DNA from: a virus
Lineage: Duplodnaviria > Caudoviricetes
IMG/VR virus record: IMGVR_UViG_3300032324_000363
Coordinates: 1 to 28,241 of that record
DNA length: 28,241 nt
Reading direction: 5' to 3' (one strand)
Shown here in pieces: positions 8,220-16,233 of this stretch. Within the stretch, counting starts at the first letter, position 1. Each line of letters opens with the position of its first letter. The position numbers and the translations under genes are program-made. The notes beneath the pieces are model-generated. The model was given only the letters and a program-made list of their open reading frames with translations. It had not been told where the DNA came from and did no database searches.

Positions 8220-9624
8220 TGGAACAGTAGAGTTCGTATGGTGGTTCGGTGTTGTTGAGGATATTGGTGATCCTCTCAAGATCGGCAGATGTCGCGTTCG
8301 CGTATTTGGCTACCATACATCCGACAAAGGTGCGCTTCCAACCACAAAATTACCTTGGGCTTCGGTGGTTCTACCGCCAACAAGTGCAAGCATGGGTGGT
8401 GTTGGAGTAAACACAGGTCTATTGCCTGGTTCGCATGTCTTTGGGTTCTTTCTCGACGGAAAGGACGCACAGAAACCAGTAATCATTGGTTCTATTGCGG
8501 GAATACCAGAAGAAATAGCAAATCCCTCCGAAGGATTCAACGATCCTCTCGGAGTTTTTCCTCTTAAATCATCGGTAAATGGTCTTTCTACGGTCAAAGA
8601 ATCTGACATAAACAGATTAGCCCGTAACGAACAGACTGACAAGACCATTGTCAAGTTGCGTAAAGATAAACTTGACAAGGATTTTCCGATTGCATTTTCC
8701 GATACAAAGAGCGAACCTGAATCTCCATACGATGCAAAGTATGGCTTGAATCAGGTGAGAGCAACTGTATCGGGACATGTTGAGGAGTGGGATGACACAC
8801 CGAAGAAAGAACGCATACTTCAATACCACAATTCAGGAACATTCACAGAAATCGGAAACGGTTGGAAGGATGATCCAAAGGGAACCCGTGTTCTTCGTGT
8901 TGTTGGAAACAACTACGAAGTAATTCACGAAGATAACACGGTTCATATTCGTGGTGCTTGCAATGTAACAATCGACGGTGAGGCTAGAATCCTCTGCCTA
9001 GACAAATCATACCTTCAACTTGAAGATGATGCTGAAATGAGCATCAATGGAAATGTAAAGGCGAATATTGCTGAAAAGATGACCATGAAGGTTGGTGGAG
9101 ATTTCAACCTCAAAGTCGGGGGAGAATACAATGTTACTGCTAGTGGTGTAAATCTACACACCACAGGTGGCGGTAGAGTCAATATTTCAGGCAGAATGGT
9201 AGGTCTTAACTCATTCTCCATTGGTTCCTCTCCATCAGAAGTAACATTGCAGAAGCCTGATGTTCAGAAACAAAATCTTGATACTCCTTCAGGTGGAGGA
9301 ATAAACGGAGTCGAGTATTCTCCTGATATCCCTGCACAGATATCAACATCTTCTCTTGAAGACATTGGTCAAGGTCTTAGCGAAGCCTATGAAGATCTCA
9401 AAGATCCTTCTGACGAGGCTAGACAGACTCTTGTTCAGAGAGCCTTGAACAAGGCGGCAGCAGCGAAGGATACAGTTAGCAAGGTAGATCCACGAATAAA
9501 GACTGCAATTGGTGCAGCAGCCGCTGCCTCAATTGTTGATCTCACGACGAGAAGCACAAGTATTGATTCAAATACTCAGTATGGAAGCATCGGACAAATT
9601 CCAACAGATAACTCAGCAGTATGA
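8206..9624 (+). CDS. gp5: Baseplate central spike gp5 (OB fold plus beta-helix, no lysozyme domain, C-terminal extension)
   Basis: FVWWFGVVED..DPLKIGRCRVRVFGYH...LPWA...VFGFFLDG..AQ.P, then SGHVEEWDDTP..ERI...H.SGTF.EI, then VxG-type beta-helix repeats ending GRMVGLN. Confidence 0.93.
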   Translation: MREIDGTVEFVWWFGVVEDIGDPLKIGRCRVRVFGYHTSDKGALPTTKLPWASVVLPPTSASMGGVGVNTGLLPGSHVFGFFLDGKDAQKPVIIGSIAGIPEEIANPSEGFNDPLGVFPLKSSVNGLSTVKESDINRLARNEQTDKTIVKLRKDKLDKDFPIAFSDTKSEPESPYDAKYGLNQVRATVSGHVEEWDDTPKKERILQYHNSGTFTEIGNGWKDDPKGTRVLRVVGNNYEVIHEDNTVHIRGACNVTIDGEARILCLDKSYLQLEDDAEMSINGNVKANIAEKMTMKVGGDFNLKVGGEYNVTASGVNLHTTGGGRVNISGRMVGLNSFSIGSSPSEVTLQKPDVQKQNLDTPSGGGINGVEYSPDIPAQISTSSLEDIGQGLSEAYEDLKDPSDEARQTLVQRALNKAAAAKDTVSKVDPRIKTAIGAAAAASIVDLTTRSTSIDSNTQYGSIGQIPTDNSAV

Positions 9625-10040
9625 CTATAGAAGAAATAGTTCAAGAAATGCTTGATCTTGGAATCACCGCAAAGGTGGTCGATGGTAAACTTACACTCAA
9701 AGGATTTGACTCACGGGCTAGCAAAGAACTTCTCTATGCAATAGACAAGAACAAAGAAGAACTTATAGATCTCTTTTCAAAGGCAAAACAAGAGACTCTT
9801 GTTGACAAGATCTCTTCAACTACCCTTGATTTTTCAAATATTACTCGTCTTCCACAGTTCATAATACCTGAAGAAGAGGTAGTAGTCGAGCAGAGATCGG
9901 CTTTTGTTGGGGAAAATTACATAACAAGAGTATTCATGAATGATGCTAATGTGCTGACTGTTCAGTATTCAAGCGGAGTCGAAGAACCTGTTGTCGATCT
10001 TTCCTTTGACTATGGATATTTTTCAGAGGGAGAAACCTGA
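9621..10040 (+). CDS. Hypothetical protein with an N-terminal TubC-N-like docking domain
   Basis: 139-aa ORF coupled on both sides (ATGA, TGATG). The first ~52 aa follow the helix, GI, beta-hairpin (VVDGKLTLKG), helix (ELL..I..NKEELI.L) pattern. Confidence 0.6.
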   Translation: MTIEEIVQEMLDLGITAKVVDGKLTLKGFDSRASKELLYAIDKNKEELIDLFSKAKQETLVDKISSTTLDFSNITRLPQFIIPEEEVVVEQRSAFVGENYITRVFMNDANVLTVQYSSGVEEPVVDLSFDYGYFSEGET

Positions 10041-10312
10041 TGCCTGGAGCAGCACGAATCGGTGATATCGCTGGCGGACCTATCATAACAGGTTGTTTTA
10101 ATGTAATGATAAATGATATTGCATCAGCAAAACTAGGAAGTGTGGTAACTCCACACCCTCCTTGTCCAAAAGTTCCGTCACACTGTTCTGCTATAATCAT
10201 AACTGCATCTCCGAGTGTTTTAGTAGGAGATATACAGTTAGCCCGTGAAGGCGATAGTGCCTCATGTGGACACTCAATTACCACATCATCAGCAAATGTT
10301 AGGGTAAACTGA
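10040..10312 (+). CDS. PAAR spike-tip protein (gp5.4-like)
   Basis: MPGAARIGD...PHPPC....HC...SPSVLV....LAREGD.ASCGH.I..SS.NV.VN, with His/Cys metal ligands. Confidence 0.92.
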   Translation: MPGAARIGDIAGGPIITGCFNVMINDIASAKLGSVVTPHPPCPKVPSHCSAIIITASPSVLVGDIQLAREGDSASCGHSITTSSANVRVN

Positions 10313-11988
10313 TGCCTGAAATTAGAAACGCAGATTTTTTCGACACGAATAACTGCAATATTCTCTCGCAGTTAATGCCTGAAGAGATGAAGTCCTACAT
10401 GCGAGACTTCATCAACGGAAATCTATTTGCAAATCCTGTTCAGAAAGCAATGGAAGGTCTAAACTCGCTGATGGGTGACAACCTTTCAATTCTTGATGGT
10501 CTTGGTGGAACCATTGCAGGATTAGACTCGCTTGCAGCAGATCTATCAGCAATTTCCCTAGAACTACAGGCTTTCACCGATCACACTAACAGATTGAGTG
10601 GAATTTCGGTAGAGTCAGTCAAAGCAAATTTTGCTACCACATTCAATATAATGGCTGGCTTCAATGCAATGGTCGATACATTCAAAAATGCCGATGAATT
10701 GCTTGAGGATAATTTCAGCAAGGCTTTCTCTTCACTAGACCCAAACATTACAGGACCATTCCTCAAAGATATCACGGGAAATCTAGGAAAGATAAATTCA
10801 GTTTTAAAGGAAATTCAGCGACAATGTGCTATTGCTGGTGGTGCGCTAGGTGATGCTTGTGCCAAACTAGTGGGAAGTTTGAGCAGTATTGTAAACAGCC
10901 TCAAGAGCGCATCATCAAATATCATTGGAATCATGAATCAGGACAATGCGGCTTTTGCTGTGGCTCTTGCTGCTCTTGAGCGATATGTATTGGGAAACAC
11001 ACTCATCTCAAGTGCGCTCCAAGATCCATGCTTTTCAGGTGCATTGGCTAAAAATTTGATTATGAACCCTGAAGGAGCCTTTAAACTTGATGAAGTTGCG
11101 AAGAAGTTTGGTAAGGATATTCCAGGTTCAAGACCTCTCCTTTCAGACTATATCGGTGGTGGTGATGATAAGCAAGTCTCTCCGCTAGAAAAGGGAGATC
11201 CTGCTCCACCCGCTCCACCCGCTCAACCCATAACAGGTTCAGAGGGAACAGTAAATCTAAACACCGCTCCACCAGTTCCTGCAACCGAACCACCTCCTCT
11301 GTTGACACCACCTCCTACTGAGGATTTTGTCTCTTATCCTGATGCTTTCCCAAAGGCTACCGATCCAGAACCAGAAGAGGAGCAGGATTTTGTCTCTGCA
11401 CCTAAAGAGGAAGAGGAAGTTCAGTCAAGCGAATCTCATCCTGATGAGACAAAAATCACAGGAGAAGAGCCTCAAAAGGCTTGTGGTTCTCATATCAGAG
11501 GCACACCAAGACTATCTCTGCTTCAGTATGTAAATTCATACACCTCAATGGGCGCAACAGACTTTGCTGGTCCAGATGACCCTACCTTGCTCAGAATTGC
11601 TGCGAGAGAAGTATTCTATCTTGAGATTGTGGATGCAGCAGAAATTATTCTCAGCACCAATAAATCCTATCAGACTGATGCAGAAAAAGCCAATTATAGA
11701 GATAAAGTCATCAAAGTGGCAGAGGCTGTTGTTATGCGCGGAGTCAAAGTCAAGAAAAAGAAAACTCCCGACGAAAATTGGGAAATGACTCTAAAATTCA
11801 TTGACGGGCTTCTCGATGGAAATCAGAAAGATTATGGTCTTAAGGTTCTTATCAAAGAGGCATCAAAAGACTATTGCAATGCTGTAGGAAAGGGCGAAGG
11901 ATCTTTCACGATCTTTGAGTCTACAGCCCTCATGTTTAAAAATACTGCTCAAAAAACATTAGAAGCATTTGAAAAAGATCTGCTCTAA
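10312..11988 (+). CDS. Hypothetical protein, 558 aa (helical N-domain, Pro/Glu linker, C-domain)
   Basis: Long ORF coupled to PAAR by TGATG. No family recognised. Confidence 0.8.
   Translation: MPEIRNADFFDTNNCNILSQLMPEEMKSYMRDFINGNLFANPVQKAMEGLNSLMGDNLSILDGLGGTIAGLDSLAADLSAISLELQAFTDHTNRLSGISVESVKANFATTFNIMAGFNAMVDTFKNADELLEDNFSKAFSSLDPNITGPFLKDITGNLGKINSVLKEIQRQCAIAGGALGDACAKLVGSLSSIVNSLKSASSNIIGIMNQDNAAFAVALAALERYVLGNTLISSALQDPCFSGALAKNLIMNPEGAFKLDEVAKKFGKDIPGSRPLLSDYIGGGDDKQVSPLEKGDPAPPAPPAQPITGSEGTVNLNTAPPVPATEPPPLLTPPPTEDFVSYPDAFPKATDPEPEEEQDFVSAPKEEEEVQSSESHPDETKITGEEPQKACGSHIRGTPRLSLLQYVNSYTSMGATDFAGPDDPTLLRIAAREVFYLEIVDAAEIILSTNKSYQTDAEKANYRDKVIKVAEAVVMRGVKVKKKKTPDENWEMTLKFIDGLLDGNQKDYGLKVLIKEASKDYCNAVGKGEGSFTIFESTALMFKNTAQKTLEAFEKDLL
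11203..11229 (+). repeat. 9-bp tandem repeat GCTCCACCC x2 plus GCTCAACCC (APP APP AQP)
   Basis: Seen directly in the Pro-rich linker. A 14-nt direct repeat AGGATTTTGTCTCT also occurs at 11321 and 11384 (DFVS twice). Confidence 0.8.
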
Positions 11989-11993
11989 TTGAG

Positions 11994-12001
11994 CATAAAT
12001 A
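11994..12001 (+). promoter_or_regulatory. T4-type late promoter CATAAATA
   Basis: 7/8 match to TATAAATA in the short gap between the stop at 11988 and the gp25 ATG at 12007. Confidence 0.65.
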
Positions 12002-12006
12002 AAGGT

Positions 12007-12396
12007 ATGGCTACAGACTATACCTACACGGACATAGATCTAGATTTCTTACCTCATCCTGTTACGGGCGATGTAACCCTCAAACACGATGATGATGCTG
12101 TAAAGCGTTCGTTACGCAATCTCATACTGACCCAAAAATATGAACGCCTTTTCCACCCTGAGATAAATTCTCGCGTGGCGGGTTTGCTTTTCGATCTTGC
12201 CTCGCCAATTACAATGGCTCAAATAAGATCAAATATCCTCGACATAATTAGCGTATATGAGCCTAGAGTTCAGATTATTGATGTGACTGTAAAAGGACTC
12301 CTTGATCAAAATGCTGTTGGTGTAAGAATTGCCTTTAGACTCAGAAATTCACCCAAGGCATCGGTATTGCAATTTACCCTTGATAGGAGCAGATGA
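12007..12396 (+). CDS. gp25: Baseplate wedge / sheath initiator gp25
   Basis: YTDIDLDF..HPVTGDV....DDDAVKRSLRNLILT..YERLFHP...LLF...I..YEPRV. ATG 12007 preferred over TTG 11989. Confidence 0.94.
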   Translation: MATDYTYTDIDLDFLPHPVTGDVTLKHDDDAVKRSLRNLILTQKYERLFHPEINSRVAGLLFDLASPITMAQIRSNILDIISVYEPRVQIIDVTVKGLLDQNAVGVRIAFRLRNSPKASVLQFTLDRSR

Positions 12397-14267
12397 TGGC
12401 GGCAGTTAATACTACCCTATCGGTTTCAGAACTAGATTTCGATCTTATAAAGCAAAATTTCAAGCGTTTCCTTGAAGTAAATCCTATCTTTAAGGATTAC
12501 AACTTCGAAGGATCTGGTCTGTCGGTATTGATGGATGTTTTGGCTTATAACACCCACTATTCTGCATTTTATGCGAATATGGTTGCGAATGAGATGTTCC
12601 TTGATAGTGCCATCAAGCGCGAGTCTGTAGTATCAAAGGCAAAAGAGTTAGGATATGTGCCTACATCCACACAATCGGCATCAGCCATTGTGAATGTGTC
12701 ATTTACAAGCGGAGTTACCGTAGGATCGGACTACACACTTCCCGCAGGAACTGTATTCCTTGCATCGAAAGACGGTCAAGATTTTAATTTCAGAACAATA
12801 GATTCCATAACAGTAGATACATCGGTAAATCCTCCTGTTGCAAACAATGTCACCATTGTCGAGGGACAGAAGAGAAGAGTTTCATACATCTTCGATTCTA
12901 GACAAGTAAATCCAAGATTTGAAATTCCCGATGAACTTGTCGATACACGGTATCTTGATGTAAAGGTTCAAAAGTCTATTGAAGACATAACAGGTAAAAC
13001 CGATACATGGACTCAACCAGCAGACTTCAATATCATTGGTCCAACAGACAAGGTATATTTCCTTCAAGAGGGAAAGAACTCTCGTTACGAAATATACTTT
13101 GGAGATGGCATCTTAGGTAAGGCACTTGAGGATGGTAATGTCATAACGATAACCTACTTCACCTCTAGCGGTTCAGATGCAAACTTCATAGGATTCAATG
13201 ATACGACAGATGATCCGTCATTTGCAACTCAAGGTCTTGAATCAATCACTACGGTAGTTACAGTTGTTTCTCCCACTCAAGGTGGATCGGATCAAGAGAA
13301 TATCTTCTCTGTAAGAAACAATGCACCAAAATTCTATCAGAGCCATGATCGTTGTGTAACAGCCCGTGACTATGAAGTGATGCTTCTTCGTGAGTATCCA
13401 TATGCATCTTCAGTTTTTGCATGGGGCGGGGAAGATGCGAATCCTCCTGAATATGGTAAGGTTTTCATCTCTGTTGTTCCAAAGGGAAATTTCATAATAA
13501 CAAAAGAGGAGAAGAACTACATCAAGAATTCAATCCTCAAGCGCAAGAATCTTGTAACAGTTCTTCCCGAAATTGTCGATCCCGACTACACCTATCTGCT
13601 CATCGACAGCACCGTATTCTACGATGAAAAGCAGACAAACAACTCCAAGGGTTTCTTGGAGAGTCTTGTTAAACTCACGATCATTGCATATGATGCTGTG
13701 AATCTAGAGAAGTTTGACAAAGATTTTAGATTCTCAAGTTTTGTCAGCGAGATTGATCGCTCCTCACTCGGAATATTGTCAAATACAACGGCAATCATGA
13801 TGCAGAAGAGACTAGTTGTGGAGTCAGGAAAGCCTTTCTCCTACACAACTCGTTTCTACAATCCAATCTACCGTGCAAAGGTGGGAGTTGGTCAGAATCT
13901 ACTCTCTGATGTGTTTGAACACAAAAACAGCAAAAACGATGTTGTAAACTGCTACATCGAAGACGATGGAAACGGTCTGTTGCATGTTTATTCAAACTAC
14001 ACAGGAACGAAGACTGTGATAGTCGAGGAGGTTGGAACTGTTGACTATGACAGCGGAACTGTTAAGTTGATTGGATTCAATCCTGTAAGAATAAACGGAA
14101 CCACTCTAAACTTCTCGGCAAAACCATTTCCATCTACAGACATACTTACTGTAAAGGGAAATCTGCTGAAGATTGATCTTTCAGATGCAAATGCACTGAA
14201 GGTAAAGGCAGTTCCATTCAATAATGCAAATCGTGGTCAAGTAAACATCTTTGGTAAGAAGATCTGA
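12393..14267 (+). CDS. gp6: Baseplate wedge protein gp6
   Basis: ELDFDLIKQN...FKDYNFEGSGLSVLMDVLAYNTHY.AFYANM.ANEMFLDSA..RESVVS.AK.LGY.P, YEIYFGDGILGK, RCVTARDY and WGGEDANPPEYGKVFIS. Confidence 0.96.
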   Translation: MMAAVNTTLSVSELDFDLIKQNFKRFLEVNPIFKDYNFEGSGLSVLMDVLAYNTHYSAFYANMVANEMFLDSAIKRESVVSKAKELGYVPTSTQSASAIVNVSFTSGVTVGSDYTLPAGTVFLASKDGQDFNFRTIDSITVDTSVNPPVANNVTIVEGQKRRVSYIFDSRQVNPRFEIPDELVDTRYLDVKVQKSIEDITGKTDTWTQPADFNIIGPTDKVYFLQEGKNSRYEIYFGDGILGKALEDGNVITITYFTSSGSDANFIGFNDTTDDPSFATQGLESITTVVTVVSPTQGGSDQENIFSVRNNAPKFYQSHDRCVTARDYEVMLLREYPYASSVFAWGGEDANPPEYGKVFISVVPKGNFIITKEEKNYIKNSILKRKNLVTVLPEIVDPDYTYLLIDSTVFYDEKQTNNSKGFLESLVKLTIIAYDAVNLEKFDKDFRFSSFVSEIDRSSLGILSNTTAIMMQKRLVVESGKPFSYTTRFYNPIYRAKVGVGQNLLSDVFEHKNSKNDVVNCYIEDDGNGLLHVYSNYTGTKTVIVEEVGTVDYDSGTVKLIGFNPVRINGTTLNFSAKPFPSTDILTVKGNLLKIDLSDANALKVKAVPFNNANRGQVNIFGKKI

Positions 14268-16225
14268 TGTCCACCGAAAATTTTCTACTACTCGCACTAA
14301 GTCAGAAGGGAATCACCTACAATGAAGATTCCGCCTTTCTTGACCTGAAACTCAACAAGGTTCATGGTCCTAAAAACCATGCCTTGCGTGAACTACCACA
14401 ATTTGTCAGACAAAATCACCCTAGATTTGTTGAGTTTATTGAGGCATATTACGAGTGGCTAGAACAACCTGGCAATCCATACTACAGCATCGACAAGATG
14501 CGTAATTTCTCGGACATTGATGAGTCTGTTGCAATCTTCATCCAAGAGTTCCGTAAACAATACCTTGATTCGTTTCCAATTGAACTTGCGATTAGCGAAG
14601 ATGGAAATCCCATCAATCAGCGCACCTTGATGAAAAACATCAAGAATTTCTACGCTGCAAAGGGAACAGAAAGAGCCTACAAACTTCTACTTCGTGTCCT
14701 GCTTAATACACCTGTCGAGGTTTACTATCCGAAGAAAGATGTGCTGAAGGCTTCTGATGGAAAGTGGATTGAAGAAAAATCAATTCGTGTAACTACTGGC
14801 AACGGAACAGAAAACTTCCGTATGCTTGGCAGAACCGTGACACAGACTGATCCAATCACAGGTGAATATCGTGGTTCTGCTAGAATCTCGCGTGTTCTAC
14901 AATTCACCGTTGAACAGTATGATATTACTGAACTGTTCCTAGAAGACATACAGGGAACATTCTCACCAGGAAAAACAATCCAATGCGTAACAGCAGCGGG
15001 TGACACTCTATCCGAAACAGTTCTCTTTATTCTTGGAGAGATATCAGTATCAAGTGGCGGAAGAAACTACAGAATCGGAGATACTGTTGACTTCACGGGC
15101 AGCGATGGTATCAAGATGCAGGGAACTGTTGCATCAACTACACCAAAAGGCTCTGTAAAAGCCGTGAAAATCACAGATCCTGGCATCAACTTTAGTCGCT
15201 CAGGAAACTTCAAGTTGAAGTCTCCAACAGGCGATGGTAATGGTGTAGTGTTAGCAACTCCATCAGGAATCATCAACTATGATGGTTATTATGAAAACAA
15301 CGATGGAAAGTCCTCTTCAAACAAGCGCATGTTTGATGGTGATTTCTATCAAGATCATTCATATGCCCTGAAGTGTGAAGCAACACTCAATGACTATAGA
15401 CAGGCTGTAAAAGATCTCATCCACCCCGCTGGTTTGAAACTTTTCGGATATGTCTCATTCATTCGTGGTTTGGCAAACGATATCGACAAGCATTCGGAAT
15501 TTCAGCGTTACGAGATTCCTGTCATTGGTCACTACACTCCATATAGAACAAAGACCACGGCAAATCTCAAGACAAAATATCTAAATGGATTTAATCCAGG
15601 TTCATGCGGTGCTGGTTCGAATGATCTGAGAATTTATGCAGTTGGACCATCAGGATTAACTCAAGGATTCATTGATGGACTTCCCGATGGAGTATTCTTT
15701 AAGAATGCATCCAATCTTGCCACAATATTAGACGGTTCTTGGGTCACATTCGGTGTTTCTTCAGGAAATAATTTTGTTTTCTACATTGATAGACTATCTG
15801 GAAATTCCTACGCTATTGGAGATTCTATAGGTTTTGTTGATGGTGTTGCTGGTTTTACACTAACAGGAACTGCTGATGGTCTAGGATTTATCAAAGAATC
15901 TGATGGCTCTACTCATGATCCACAAGGCGCACCACTCGGAACTGGTGGCAGCGATGGCGCAAGTCTATGGGGATTGACGGCATTCTGGAACATATATCAC
16001 CATCCTAATACAAGAGGCATTATTGGTATTGATGGCAGCACAGGTGGAACTGGTGCAGGAATTTCATTCGGACCAATTGTATTGAGAAAATTCTTTAGAA
16101 TGCCATTTGGATACCACTACCACTCAAATCCTGGCACAGCGGGTGATCCATACTTTGGTGTAACTGGCGATAACTATGAATATAGCACGGCTCTCGGTGG
16201 TGGATTAACATCACCTAACTTCTAG
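14267..16225 (+). CDS. gp7: Baseplate wedge initiator gp7-like
   Basis: LPQFVR..HPRFVEFIEAYYEWLE, MKNIKNFYAAKGT...YKLLLR.L, YPK..VLKASDGKW and D..FYQ.HSY.LK......YR..VK.LIHPAGLKLFG. Lies between gp6 and gp8. Confidence 0.85.
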   Translation: MSTENFLLLALSQKGITYNEDSAFLDLKLNKVHGPKNHALRELPQFVRQNHPRFVEFIEAYYEWLEQPGNPYYSIDKMRNFSDIDESVAIFIQEFRKQYLDSFPIELAISEDGNPINQRTLMKNIKNFYAAKGTERAYKLLLRVLLNTPVEVYYPKKDVLKASDGKWIEEKSIRVTTGNGTENFRMLGRTVTQTDPITGEYRGSARISRVLQFTVEQYDITELFLEDIQGTFSPGKTIQCVTAAGDTLSETVLFILGEISVSSGGRNYRIGDTVDFTGSDGIKMQGTVASTTPKGSVKAVKITDPGINFSRSGNFKLKSPTGDGNGVVLATPSGIINYDGYYENNDGKSSSNKRMFDGDFYQDHSYALKCEATLNDYRQAVKDLIHPAGLKLFGYVSFIRGLANDIDKHSEFQRYEIPVIGHYTPYRTKTTANLKTKYLNGFNPGSCGAGSNDLRIYAVGPSGLTQGFIDGLPDGVFFKNASNLATILDGSWVTFGVSSGNNFVFYIDRLSGNSYAIGDSIGFVDGVAGFTLTGTADGLGFIKESDGSTHDPQGAPLGTGGSDGASLWGLTAFWNIYHHPNTRGIIGIDGSTGGTGAGISFGPIVLRKFFRMPFGYHYHSNPGTAGDPYFGVTGDNYEYSTALGGGLTSPNF

Positions 16226-16233
16226 GAAAAACA

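Noticed and set aside
8206-12396. Bacterial T6SS or extracellular contractile injection system locus (VgrG/PAAR/gp25)
   Set aside because: Head-related genes gp2 and gp4 and T4-specific gp6/7/8/26/48/53 show that this is a phage genome.
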